Virus record (IMG/VR): IMGVR_UViG_3300010153_000001
Strand: one strand, 5' to 3'
DNA: 60,729 nt
Source: an uncultured virus (IMG/VR IMGVR_UViG_3300010153_000001)
Taxonomy: Duplodnaviria; Heunggongvirae; Uroviricota; Caudoviricetes
Part shown: one piece after another, positions 52,601-60,615 of the stretch
Position numbering within the stretch: the stretch's first letter is position 1
Layout of the letters: each line of letters opens with the position of its first letter
Made by a program: the position numbers and the translations under genes
The notes under the pieces: generated by a model
What the model was told of the DNA's origin: nothing
Database searches by the model: none
The model's input: only the letters and a program-made list of their open reading frames with translations

Positions 52601-53187
52601 ATGCCCAAGCTAATACAGAAGATTTCTCTTGTATTGCTTATATTTATGGTTGCATGGATAGTACTGCTCTCAATTATGATTCAACAGCTAATACTGACAA
52701 TGGTTCGTGTGTGGCTGTGGTTGAAGGGTGCATGGACCAAAATGCTTGGAACTATAATCTCTTAGCAAATGTTAATGATTCTTTATCTTGTTTATATGAT
52801 GCAGGATGTATAGGTGATCCAGGAGATCCTTATTGGTTAAATGATGAGTGTTATGCTTGGGTAATTTCAGTAGATGATTATTGTTGTGATAATGAATGGG
52901 ATAATGTTTGTCAATTAACATATGATTATTGTTCAGGTAATTGGACAGGACCTCAACCTCCTGCTAGATGGGTTGAACAACAAATATTAATATATCCAAA
53001 TCCTACTAAAGGTGTGGTAAACTTTAATATGTTATTAGATGTAGCGGTTTATAGCAGTATAGGAGAGTTAATTATAGAAGAAAAAAATGTAAATACAGTT
53101 GATATATCAAATTTTAGTAAAGGAATTTACCATTTTGCTATTAAATATCAAAATAAAATTGTAAATTATAATATAGTGAAGAACTAA
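49669..53187 (+). CDS. Secreted adhesin-like protein: signal peptide, MAM domain, 19 GC(T/M)D..NY..AN.DDGSC repeats, C-terminal T9SS type A sorting domain
   Basis: MKKLLLLLLLIPFIGIG/Q; MAM motifs TPSPNTGPQGDHTTGSG..YTEAS, SFWYHMYG, GNQGDEW, ICIDD; CTD IYPNPTKG..VYSSIGE..DISNFSKGIY. Confidence 0.85.
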   Translation: MKKLLLLLLLIPFIGIGQINTFPWTNDFESYIALEEDTTDDNDWALRSGSTPSPNTGPQGDHTTGSGVYYYTEASVNGVGYPYKTFISYTPTFDITQSPGKIVSFWYHMYGNNMGDLEIGVLDNNGYTILNTISGNQGDEWHLAYYTIQSTDSFKIQFTGTTGPYWDSDICIDDLYVGDPYVIGCMDPLANNYDPSAVVDDGSCTYPPCGGFASYNAYQMCWGNQTAIQFEWLGDTTYSQCDVTGIHVGDENGWSMFYGGYWPAQNGWHGFAAAVGNGQMPPNWSIEHYAVLELTDGNLSDTIFYTPTSCIPGCTDSTAVSYNPWATIDDGSCGGTICDPATEQQITMSIRLDNWPQETGWELVTNAGPNVQTPSGTYTYNDIGVTYNYTFCVSATAGFELILTDTYGDGIQGNGTAGSAGEVVIYDCNGDTITYLSSGAWVDGNSTPVNVDFGTVAYSTPQNGVACATAPDIFGCTDPTYQEYNPLANIDDSTCTNLHIYGCVDSTAYNYDPTASIMDIVPSCNYTLWIGDGAADGWGNSYLGVRQGSNTWTFTMGPGSYSQTFPLTLDTDIPVEVYYFEVPNAQNPDPQQTTFQTMQNSFKLINADSVVLMHEGGNPFANNGQGALQGFGPPFWMVYDDMPFCGDYCIPAVFGCIDPLAFNYDPLANTDDGNCIPVILGCTNDLAINYDSTANTDDGSCIAEVIGCMDTTAFNYNPSANTMDSASCVPVIYGCMVDTMFNYNAAANTSDNSCIPVVFGCTDALAYNYDPLANTNNGSCIPFVYGCTNPAAINFDPLANTDDSTCIGVIYGCTDITMYNYDPLANTDNGSCIPFMYGCTDSTQFNYDPLANTDNGTCVPFIYGCTDPSALNFNPNANTDDFSCILPIYGCMDSTAFNYDPNANVDNGSCVPFIFGCTNPLALNYCDSCNTDDFSCILPIYGCTDSTMFNYNPLANVDNNSCIPFIYGCTDPSMLNYNAQANTEDFSCIAYIYGCMDSTALNYDSTANTDNGSCVAVVEGCMDQNAWNYNLLANVNDSLSCLYDAGCIGDPGDPYWLNDECYAWVISVDDYCCDNEWDNVCQLTYDYCSGNWTGPQPPARWVEQQILIYPNPTKGVVNFNMLLDVAVYSSIGELIIEEKNVNTVDISNFSKGIYHFAIKYQNKIVNYNIVKN
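51631..52791 (+). repeat. Tandem array of 15 ~78-bp (26-aa) Cys/Asp-rich coding repeats
   Basis: Consecutive GC[TMI][DN]xxAxN[YF][DN]PxANTD[DN]GSC units counted in the translation; four more dispersed copies upstream. Confidence 0.9.
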
Positions 53188-53200
53188 AAAAATAAATAAT

Positions 53201-53926
53201 ATGTCTACGTATTCAATTAATGCTGTTTTAAATTTATCTGGTGAGGGTGTAAGCTCAGATAAATTAAGTCAAAATGAGACCCAAATATTAAATATTATAC
53301 AACCTACTGTTCAGTCAGGTGCTTTTGAGGTACCTGGATCTAAAACTGCATTTAGTACATTTGATGGAGTTCTTAATCTTGGAACCCGTTTTTTATACTT
53401 AAAAAATACTGGAGGTCCTAATAATGGTGATATTACATTATCTAATCAGAACACAAGTATAGCAGTTGCTTTTGTACAATTTACAGGTTTACCTACAACT
53501 GATAAAACAATAAAAATAATTTCTACAGATGGAACAGAAAAAACATATACTGCTAAGGGATCAGAAAATACAGGAGCAAATCAGTTTATAAATACAGGTA
53601 GTGCTGCAGCAGTTGCAAATTCTTTAGAAGCTTGTATTGAAGCATCAGCTGGACATGCTGGAAAAATATCTGTAAGTAACGATGGTGCTGGTAAACTAGT
53701 ATTAACACAAGTAGTTGGAGGTACAGAAGGTAATACAACAATTACTTCAACTTTAGATAATGCTACTTTTAATAGTTTTGTAAATGGGGGTAAGCATAAT
53801 ATTACTTTTGGAAAATTGACAGTTGGTCAATGGATGGCTATTCCAATTGACCCAGGAACAATATTAAATATTCAAGCTACTGTAGCTGATACTCCTTGTG
53901 AATATGGATGGTGGACACTTGTATAA
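53201..53926 (+). CDS. Beta-rich putative virion decoration protein (paralog 1, with internal insertion)
   Basis: Shares LYLKNTG, KLxxGQWMAIP and CEYGWW blocks with the next two ORFs. Confidence 0.6.
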   Translation: MSTYSINAVLNLSGEGVSSDKLSQNETQILNIIQPTVQSGAFEVPGSKTAFSTFDGVLNLGTRFLYLKNTGGPNNGDITLSNQNTSIAVAFVQFTGLPTTDKTIKIISTDGTEKTYTAKGSENTGANQFINTGSAAAVANSLEACIEASAGHAGKISVSNDGAGKLVLTQVVGGTEGNTTITSTLDNATFNSFVNGGKHNITFGKLTVGQWMAIPIDPGTILNIQATVADTPCEYGWWTLV

Positions 53927-53946
53927 TATTATAAAAATAAAATAAA

Positions 53947-54312
53947 ATGGCAACAGTAACAACACAATTAACTTTAGTAAGCTCTACATCAACTAGTGCT
54001 ACAGTAAATCTAGAAGTAAGTGATACACTAAATACAACTAACCCAGTTGCAGGAGTATCAAGATTAACAGTTTTACATACAGGTGCAGGAACTGATGTTA
54101 TTGCTGCAGCAGGAACAGATATATTATATACTTATTTAAGAAATATGGATCCTACTAATATAGTAGATGTTAGAACAGCGGCTGGAGTAGTAATAGCAAA
54201 GTTGGGACCACATGAAGCAATGTGGCTTCCTGTTTATTCTGCAACAGGTTTAGAATTATTAGCTAATACTGCATCTTGTGTTGTTGAATATGCTTATTGG
54301 CAAAAATCATAA
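53947..54312 (+). CDS. Beta-rich putative virion decoration protein (paralog 2)
   Basis: MATVTTQLTL..YTYLRNMD..KLGPHEAMWLP..VEYAYW. Confidence 0.6.
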   Translation: MATVTTQLTLVSSTSTSATVNLEVSDTLNTTNPVAGVSRLTVLHTGAGTDVIAAAGTDILYTYLRNMDPTNIVDVRTAAGVVIAKLGPHEAMWLPVYSATGLELLANTASCVVEYAYWQKS

Positions 54313-54330
54313 TAAAAAAAGAAAAAAGAT

Positions 54331-54702
54331 ATGGCAACTATAACTTCACAATTAACTTTATCTGGTTCAGGAGTAACTTCAGATCAATTAGAAATTACAC
54401 AATCTGTAACTTTTAATGTTACATTACCTGTTGTAGAATCAGGTACATTAAATGTAACGGCTACTCCAACAGATCTTGTTCCTGCAAATCCAAGTAGAGT
54501 ATACTTATATGTAAAAAATACTGGTACACTAGGTACATCTGATAATGTTAATATACAAACAGCAGCTGCAGTTAATATTGCAGAATTAGCTCCAACAGAA
54601 TGGTTATTCTTTCCTGTTGAAGAAAATTTAAATTTAAAAGTTGATGCTGCTACTGCTAGTGGTACAAGTACAATTGAGTATTCATACTTTACTGCAGTAT
54701 AA
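54331..54702 (+). CDS. Beta-rich putative virion decoration protein (paralog 3)
   Basis: MATITSQLTL..YLYVKNTG..ELAPTEWLFFP..IEYSYF. Confidence 0.6.
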   Translation: MATITSQLTLSGSGVTSDQLEITQSVTFNVTLPVVESGTLNVTATPTDLVPANPSRVYLYVKNTGTLGTSDNVNIQTAAAVNIAELAPTEWLFFPVEENLNLKVDAATASGTSTIEYSYFTAV

Positions 54703-54899
54703 TGAGTGCTAAAAGATTTATGGGTATTAATCCTGATCATAAAGGATACTGTACTCCAATGACTAAAGCAACTTGTACTCCAAGACGTAAAGCTTTAGCA
54801 AAGAGATTGAAACCAGGAGGAGATTTATATAAAGGAAGTATGGGTGGTTCAATGATAGAAGGAATAAAGATGAGAAATAAATTTAATAAGATAAAATAA
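54702..54899 (+). CDS. Small basic protein (HKGYCTPMTKATCTPRRKALAKR)
   Basis: 65-aa ORF, TAATG-coupled to the previous gene. Confidence 0.6.
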   Translation: MSAKRFMGINPDHKGYCTPMTKATCTPRRKALAKRLKPGGDLYKGSMGGSMIEGIKMRNKFNKIK

Positions 54900-54904
54900 A
54901 TATT

Positions 54905-54979
54905 ATGGCAAAATGTAAATGTGGTAAAACTAAATCAGAGGACGGTTCTTGTGATGGTTCTCATAAAGAAAATTGTTAG
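54905..54979 (+). CDS. 24-aa CDGSH iron-sulfur-motif microprotein MAKCKCGKTKSEDGSCDGSHKENC
   Basis: Translated by hand; fills the gap between 54899 and 54980 (TAG-ATG junction); C-x-C-x2-T-x6-CDGSH. Confidence 0.65.
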   Translation: MAKCKCGKTKSEDGSCDGSHKENC

Positions 54980-55372
54980 ATGAGTATATTAAGTACAATA
55001 TTTTCAGGTGGAGCTACAGAACTTGTAAAAGGAGTGGGTGGAGTTATAGATAATCTACATACTTCTAAAGAAGAAAAGCTTGAGGCTGAACAAAAAATAA
55101 AAGAACTTATAGCAAGCTATGAGGTTCAAATGGAAAAAGAAATCTCATCAAGATGGAATGCAGATATGAAGTCTGACTCTTGGTTGAGTAAAAATGTCAG
55201 ACCATTAGTATTAATATTTTTAGTAATATCAACAGTATTATTAATTTTTATTGATGCTGGAGTTATAGATTTTGTAGTAGAAGCTAAATGGACTGACCTA
55301 CTACAATTAGTATTAATAACAGTGATAGGTGCCTATTTTGGTGGCCGTTCACTAGAAAAAACCAAAAAATAA
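54980..55372 (+). CDS. Holin (GTA_holin_3TM-like)
   Basis: RWNADMKSDSWLSKNVRPLVL..two TM segments..GAYFGGRSLEK, matching this holin family. Confidence 0.75.
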   Translation: MSILSTIFSGGATELVKGVGGVIDNLHTSKEEKLEAEQKIKELIASYEVQMEKEISSRWNADMKSDSWLSKNVRPLVLIFLVISTVLLIFIDAGVIDFVVEAKWTDLLQLVLITVIGAYFGGRSLEKTKK

Positions 55373-55377
55373 GAATT

Positions 55378-55584
55378 ATGGCAAAATATAAAATAATTAC
55401 AGAAGCTAGTGAGACAAGACATAGAGGTGTTTTATATAATTGGGAAAAACTTCCAAGAATGAAAGATTGTCAAGAAAAACTTGAACAAGCTTATAATGCT
55501 GGTTTAACTAGTTTTGTTGAGAAGATAGAAGATAAACCTAAATCTAAACCTAAAAAATCTAAAAAAGATGAAGAAAAATTATAG
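55378..55584 (+). CDS. Hypothetical protein with Lys-rich tail
   Basis: 68-aa ORF in operon order. Confidence 0.5.
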   Translation: MAKYKIITEASETRHRGVLYNWEKLPRMKDCQEKLEQAYNAGLTSFVEKIEDKPKSKPKKSKKDEEKL

Positions 55585-56152
55585 AACAGCTTTATTAAAA
55601 GCAAAGAATGGTGGTGGTATGAAACTGCCTAAAGCACAAACATCTACCATTAAACCAAGGGGTTTTAATAAGTATCAATCTGTTGGTGAAACTGAACAGG
55701 TTGAAGGGAAGACACCTCAGCAACATGTAGTTCCTCCAGTTGTTTCAAGTGGTCCAACTCCTCCAACTCCTCCATCAATCATTAATCCTGACTTAAACCT
55801 AGGTAATACAACTGCTCATCAAGGACTTGATCCAATGAGTAGAAGTGTAGTTCCAGAAAATTCTCAACTGAGACAAAGAAGTTGGCTTGGAACACTTGGT
55901 ACAAGAATTGGAAATATATTTAGACCTGATCATAGAGATTTAAATGTACATGGAACATATATAGATAAAGCAACACGTAAAAATATACCTACTTATGAGT
56001 TTGATTTAGGTAGAGACATTAATAGTGGTGCTTATGTTGATCCTACTAGTATTGCTGGATCATCCTTATATATGAAAAAAGGTGGGGGTGTAGGTAGTTC
56101 TAATTACATGAAAGCTTTAAAAACAGCTAAAAAAGGTGGGTCAAAAAGATAG
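55568..56152 (+). CDS. Hypothetical protein carrying the GG..LPKAQ tag at its N-terminus and KKGG motifs at its C-terminus
   Basis: KAKNGGGMKLPKAQ; YMKKGG; AKKGG. Confidence 0.6.
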   Translation: MKKNYRTALLKAKNGGGMKLPKAQTSTIKPRGFNKYQSVGETEQVEGKTPQQHVVPPVVSSGPTPPTPPSIINPDLNLGNTTAHQGLDPMSRSVVPENSQLRQRSWLGTLGTRIGNIFRPDHRDLNVHGTYIDKATRKNIPTYEFDLGRDINSGAYVDPTSIAGSSLYMKKGGGVGSSNYMKALKTAKKGGSKR

Positions 56153-56283
56153 AAAATATAACTATCCAATAGGTAATAATAAGTTGAATACTATTATTAG
56201 TGATAATAATAAAAAAAAACTTACTAAACATACCTCCCCTAATAAGAATATTAAGTCTACTTGTTCTTTAATAAGATAGTAGT

Positions 56284-56634
56284 ATGAGAGCATGGATAAA
56301 GTTTGAAGGGTTAAGTGGAGAAGGAAATCCTCTTGAAGTATCATGGGCCACAGAAAGATTTGTTCATATGACAGTTAATGATGCTACTACTGTAAAATTA
56401 TTTTTTGATACAGCATATCCTGATGATGGTAGAGCACCTGCTTATATTACATTAACCACTACTTCTGGTAAATCAGATGAAGTTCATGCTGCAATACTTG
56501 CATTATTAACAGGTGGAACTGCCTCTGCTACTTCTAGTAGTGGAGGAAGTAATGTTTCAGTAACTGGAACTCTATTAATTACCATTAATACTAGTACTAC
56601 AGATGTTACTGCTTTATCATATCATACTGCTTAA
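56284..56634 (+). CDS. Hypothetical Thr/Ser-rich protein, possible virion component
   Basis: 116-aa ORF, last of the + block before the terminator. Confidence 0.55.
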   Translation: MRAWIKFEGLSGEGNPLEVSWATERFVHMTVNDATTVKLFFDTAYPDDGRAPAYITLTTTSGKSDEVHAAILALLTGGTASATSSSGGSNVSVTGTLLITINTSTTDVTALSYHTA

Positions 56635-56650
56635 AATTATATAGAAGAAT

Positions 56651-56687
56651 AAAACCCAGTAGCACACACAAGACTACTGGGTTTTTT
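56651..56687. terminator. Bidirectional rho-independent terminator
   Basis: AAAACCCAGTAG (56651-56662) / CTACTGGGTTTT (56674-56685) perfect inverted repeat, with T-tracts on both strands, between convergent gene blocks. Confidence 0.85.
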
Positions 56688-56750
56688 ATATATAGGAAAG
56701 AGTTGGTTTAAGATATGGAAGGAAAACCTATATATATAATTATTCTTCTA

Positions 56751-57086
56751 CTATTGCATTCCTGTTGGAGATAAAGCTCCTGTTACAGTTTTTACATATT
56801 CTCCTTTAGGAGTAAATTCTTTTTTATTTTTATCATCAATTGCTACTTTTAATAATACTAGATAACCAATAAGATCATCAATTGTATCAAGTGTTTCAGG
56901 AGCTATACCAACATTTTCAATACGTGCTAATTTATCATCTATTCTTGCACATATATTTTCAATTGCATCTCCTTTTGCAAATATATTTCTGGGGTTTGTT
57001 GCTGAATCACCATAACTTGCATTTTTTTTAAGTAACAGTTCAGTAACTGTATTCATAGTTCTAACTATTTTTTCTTTTGTTGTCAT
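56751..57086 (-). CDS. DUF1599 / nucleotide-modification-associated domain 1-like protein
   Basis: KKNASYGDS..RIDDKLARI..DTIDDLIGYLVL helical signature. Confidence 0.7.
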   Translation of the reverse strand: MTTKEKIVRTMNTVTELLLKKNASYGDSATNPRNIFAKGDAIENICARIDDKLARIENVGIAPETLDTIDDLIGYLVLLKVAIDDKNKKEFTPKGEYVKTVTGALSPTGMQ

Positions 57087-57207
57087 AGTTTTTCATATTT
57101 TTTATAAATTTTTTTTGTTTTTCTATTCTTATACCTTCTTTTAAGGCATATCTAGCTAATAGTATTATTCCTATTATGACTGCTATAAGTATAGTTATTC
57201 CATTCAT
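57061..57207 (-). CDS. 48-aa single-TM protein (MNGITILIAVIIGIILLARY...)
   Basis: Translated by hand; ATGA overlap with the upstream small ORF. Confidence 0.5.
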   Translation of the reverse strand: MNGITILIAVIIGIILLARYALKEGIRIEKQKKFIKNMKNYDNKRKNS

Positions 57208-57368
57208 TTTTTTACTTTTTTCAAATTTGTTTTAAATTCAGGTTGTTCAAATCTTTCAGGTAAAATCCTTTCAACAAAACAATTGTCACAGACTTTACCT
57301 TTAGATTTTACAGGTCTTGGATCATGACCATAATTTTTTATAATGTTATTACATATGGAACACTTCAT
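57204..57368 (-). CDS. 54-aa CxxC..CxxC zinc-finger-like protein (MKCSIC..GHDPRP..VCDNC)
   Basis: Translated by hand; fits between neighbours in operon order. Confidence 0.55.
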   Translation of the reverse strand: MKCSICNNIIKNYGHDPRPVKSKGKVCDNCFVERILPERFEQPEFKTNLKKVKK

Positions 57369-57371
57369 AAT

Positions 57372-57545
57372 TTAATTTTTATACCATACAGCGTGCACTG
57401 CTGCTTTATCACCAGTAGGTTTACCTTGTGCATTTCTAATTACTGCATCACACATATGTATTCTTTTTAATATACCAGGTCCTTCTGTTTTAGATTTATC
57501 CCAATATTTTGGATTTTTACTATTTAATTTTCTTTTTTTTGTCAT
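57372..57545 (-). CDS. Small basic hypothetical protein
   Basis: Part of track ORF 57372..57614; the in-frame ATG at 57545 (MTKKRKL) is the more plausible start. Confidence 0.45.
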   Translation of the reverse strand: MTKKRKLNSKNPKYWDKSKTEGPGILKRIHMCDAVIRNAQGKPTGDKAAVHAVWYKN

Positions 57546-57623
57546 AAGCATTTTTTTAAAAGCTCTAGAGGAGGTTATACAGGGTAAGGATAACCCCCTC
57601 TTTAGCCCAATCATGTCAGTGAT

Positions 57624-58481
57624 TTAAATTTTAAAGTCTCCAAATGTATCAAAGTCTTGTGCTTCAAGATCAGCTAAGACTCCGTTTACATCTCCATTAT
57701 ATACACCATTAGCAGGTATACTACTTTTTAACGATGAAGAATCATAATTTTTTAAATTAACGTTACTAAGTAACTCAGTAGTCATAAATTTGTGAAACTT
57801 TTGTTGATTTGTCATCCACAATCTAGGATGTGATAACTTTAATGCATGTGTTATATGGTTATAAAATGTCCATCCACTTGTAGGACTAGTTTTGTAATCA
57901 TATGATGGTTTATCTATCTCTCTTTTAACACAAGACATTTGTGTTGCATCTAAAATCCCTTCATCAATAAATAAACGACCCAATAATTCTGCTTGTTCTT
58001 GGATTGATAGATTTGTTTGTTTGAATTGATTTTTATCTTGAATCAATTGATTAAAATGCTTATGTGCATATTTAATTTGAGATCCTATTTGTCTCTGTGC
58101 TTCAATATCTGCTGATCCTGTATGCTTTCTAGCAAATGTAGCCATATCACCGTGGATCATTCCATTATTACATACAAATACATAAGCTCCTATCCCGCAC
58201 TGGAACCGTGTACTCTTATCATATGAATTAGTCCAGGCAAACATCATTCCCATATCATCATCATGGGTGCTTACTATTTGATAAATACCTTGTACAACTT
58301 TTGCTCCTGCATTGGATCTAAAATGTTTCTTCTTTATAATGAAATTGTTTTCACTTAATAGATTCTCTGTATGATCTATAATACTTCTATGAGGAATAAC
58401 TGTATAAGTTTTTCCATGTAGAGGTAGATCTGCATTGCATAAATCTACCTCAGTAATTGTTTTTGGTTTTGTATATCCCAT
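57624..58481 (-). CDS. DUF932-family protein
   Basis: YTVIPH, NSYDKS..GAYVFVCNNGM, RKHTG, WTFYNHITHALK. Confidence 0.75.
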   Translation of the reverse strand: MGYTKPKTITEVDLCNADLPLHGKTYTVIPHRSIIDHTENLLSENNFIIKKKHFRSNAGAKVVQGIYQIVSTHDDDMGMMFAWTNSYDKSTRFQCGIGAYVFVCNNGMIHGDMATFARKHTGSADIEAQRQIGSQIKYAHKHFNQLIQDKNQFKQTNLSIQEQAELLGRLFIDEGILDATQMSCVKREIDKPSYDYKTSPTSGWTFYNHITHALKLSHPRLWMTNQQKFHKFMTTELLSNVNLKNYDSSSLKSSIPANGVYNGDVNGVLADLEAQDFDTFGDFKI

Positions 58482-58495
58482 ATTTAAATTTTTTA

Positions 58496-58525
58496 CAAAT
58501 ATATAAATTAATTTGATTGAAACAA
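58496..58525 (-). promoter_or_regulatory. Bacteroidota-type housekeeping sigma promoter TTG-N19-TATATTTG
   Basis: Minus strand reads TTG tttcaatcaaattaattta TATATTTG, 14 nt upstream of the DUF932 ATG; matches the -33/-7 consensus and spacing. Confidence 0.6.
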
Positions 58526-60418
58526 GTCTAATTGGTTTGTTTTTACTCCCAGAATGTTATTTATCTCTCTCTCAATGGCATCTAGATAATATTTCTCATT
58601 AATATTATAAGCATCCCACTCTAGGGGTTTTGCATTATTATATAATGTTTGCATCCAACGGCCTGATTCTAATTGTATTTCACGCCCATCAGTTTTGTTT
58701 ATTTTTATTATTTTTACACCTTTATTTGATATAAAATATCTATTGATTTTCTGTAATTCTTCCTCATGTGCAGTACCATCTTTAATACTCCGCGCAACTT
58801 GTTGCCAGTTACCTTTAGATTTCCCTCCTATACAATAATCTAATATGTTTCTATTATGTTTTAGTGTATATTCAGGTAAATCCCCGTTAACAAAATATGC
58901 ATAGATAGCTTTTGGTATAATAAGTTTGGATTTGTTCTTATGAAGAGCTAAATTTTCAAATTCAAACCGTCCCTTACATTTTGTTTTACCATCATTATTG
59001 ATTGCAATATAATTGTTTACATCAGCAAGAACTATTTTTTTATATTGGTCATGCTCAAGGTTAAGATTAGTTATCTCCTCCCATTTTTTGCATATTTCCA
59101 TATATAAATCAATTTTAGATCTAGGTATGATTGTCTCAACACCATCTGTATTTTGTAACAATGGTATAGCTTCAGGAATTGCTTCCATAATCATTTCATA
59201 TAACATCATTAATGTAAGCTGCCCATTCACGGTGATAAACATTGTAAACTGTGGATCATACAGAAAAGAGTTTTTATCATTAGAGAGACCATATGTACTA
59301 TTAAGTATAATTTTATATACATAATTCATAGGATTACTCTTAGGTATCTTTTTTCTTTCTGTAAAGAACCATTCATATAGTTCACAAAATGCTTTCTTAT
59401 CTAAATGTGCTGGAGCAATTTTATTCATAATTGCTAAATTAGGATAAAAGCTAGTTACATCAGAAGACATTATAACATTCTCATTATCAGACTCATACAC
59501 ACCAGGTTTTATGCACCCGTGTGCGCCACCTAAGCCAAAGTCAGTTTTTACCCCTTTATATTTAACAGAATATTTAAATCCACCTTTAGTATGAATAGGA
59601 TCTAGTTCAACTGCTTTAAATCTTTCTAAGAGATTTTTAAATTCAAGTGTCTCAAACTTAATATAGTCAAGTATAAGGTCTTTAATTTTAATCACACTTC
59701 TAAATGTTCTTAATTTTTTAAGTTCCCATTTTGGTATTTTAAGTTCTTTACTTAAGTAATAAGCAAATAATTCTTTACTTATGCGCGGCTCTGATGCACT
59801 ATAAAGATTAATATTATATTGATCTGTTAAATTTTTCCTTAATGAAATTAAGGGTTTACATCTTTCAAATATTTCTTTGGTTGCATCAACATCATTAATA
59901 CAATATTCTACTATAAGATCTAATTGATCTTGGGTATCTATACTTGTTTCATGATGAATAGGCATATCTAAAATATTATCCCAATCCATAGTGTATTCAA
60001 TCCATTTAAGACTAGAACGTTTAGCTGGATTATCCCAGTGATTTAATTTAAATACATCAATTTGTTTAATAGTCATTTCCCATTCAGGAAAATCATGAAA
60101 TTCTTTTGCATTAGACCTTTGTATAGCTCTTTGAGCATAACCGTAAATTTCTTCAGCAATAGATTCACCATCCATTAATTTTAAATTTTTATTGTCTTTT
60201 ATTATATTGTGTGTCACTTGTGCATCAAATGCTAATCCATTATAGGATATATGCCACTCATTATTTTCTATATTTTCTTTTAAGAATTCTATGAACTTAT
60301 CAAAATCATTCTGTAGTTTACATATTGAAAAGATTTTAGTCTCTTCAGTTTTGTAATGTGTAAATACTGCTACAAAACAATTTTTTAAGGTTTCATAATC
60401 CATTACCCAGTGATTCAT
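58508..60418 (-). CDS. polB: Family B DNA polymerase (crAss-like type) with 3'-5' exonuclease
   Basis: ExoI DYET, ExoII YNGLAFD, ExoIII YCINDV; polymerase SDVTSFYP, KIILNSTYG, QNTDG. Confidence 0.9.
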   Translation of the reverse strand: MNHWVMDYETLKNCFVAVFTHYKTEETKIFSICKLQNDFDKFIEFLKENIENNEWHISYNGLAFDAQVTHNIIKDNKNLKLMDGESIAEEIYGYAQRAIQRSNAKEFHDFPEWEMTIKQIDVFKLNHWDNPAKRSSLKWIEYTMDWDNILDMPIHHETSIDTQDQLDLIVEYCINDVDATKEIFERCKPLISLRKNLTDQYNINLYSASEPRISKELFAYYLSKELKIPKWELKKLRTFRSVIKIKDLILDYIKFETLEFKNLLERFKAVELDPIHTKGGFKYSVKYKGVKTDFGLGGAHGCIKPGVYESDNENVIMSSDVTSFYPNLAIMNKIAPAHLDKKAFCELYEWFFTERKKIPKSNPMNYVYKIILNSTYGLSNDKNSFLYDPQFTMFITVNGQLTLMMLYEMIMEAIPEAIPLLQNTDGVETIIPRSKIDLYMEICKKWEEITNLNLEHDQYKKIVLADVNNYIAINNDGKTKCKGRFEFENLALHKNKSKLIIPKAIYAYFVNGDLPEYTLKHNRNILDYCIGGKSKGNWQQVARSIKDGTAHEEELQKINRYFISNKGVKIIKINKTDGREIQLESGRWMQTLYNNAKPLEWDAYNINEKYYLDAIEREINNILGVKTNQLDLFQSN

Positions 60419-60420
60419 AT

Positions 60421-60609
60421 CTATTGTTTTAGTTCTTTATTTAAAAATTTAACAATTTCAGTGTGTTGTTTATCTAATTCTTGTTTAGCTTTAAAAGCGT
60501 AAACAGTTCTTGATGAAACCTTTAAGTCCCAAGCTGCTTTTTCTGCATTACCATCATTTCTTTTCAATGCTACAGTGATTGCTTTGTGTTTTAATTCATC
60601 TAATGTCAT
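60421..60609 (-). CDS. Fis-type helix-turn-helix protein
   Basis: TLDEL..AITVALKRNDGNAEKAAWDLKVSSRTVY matches the Fis/NtrC C-terminal HTH. Confidence 0.75.
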   Translation of the reverse strand: MTLDELKHKAITVALKRNDGNAEKAAWDLKVSSRTVYAFKAKQELDKQHTEIVKFLNKELKQ

Positions 60610-60615
60610 ATCTTA

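Noticed and set aside
51631..52791. Regular ~78-bp periodicity considered as a CRISPR array or DGR template/variable repeats
   Set aside because: Units are degenerate in-frame protein repeats with synonymous variation. There is no constant repeat plus unique spacer, no adenine-specific pattern noticed and no reverse transcriptase in the window.
56162..56344. 60-aa hydrophobic minus-strand ORF
   Set aside because: Lies in an AT-rich gap and overlaps the 56284 gene antisense; no supporting features.
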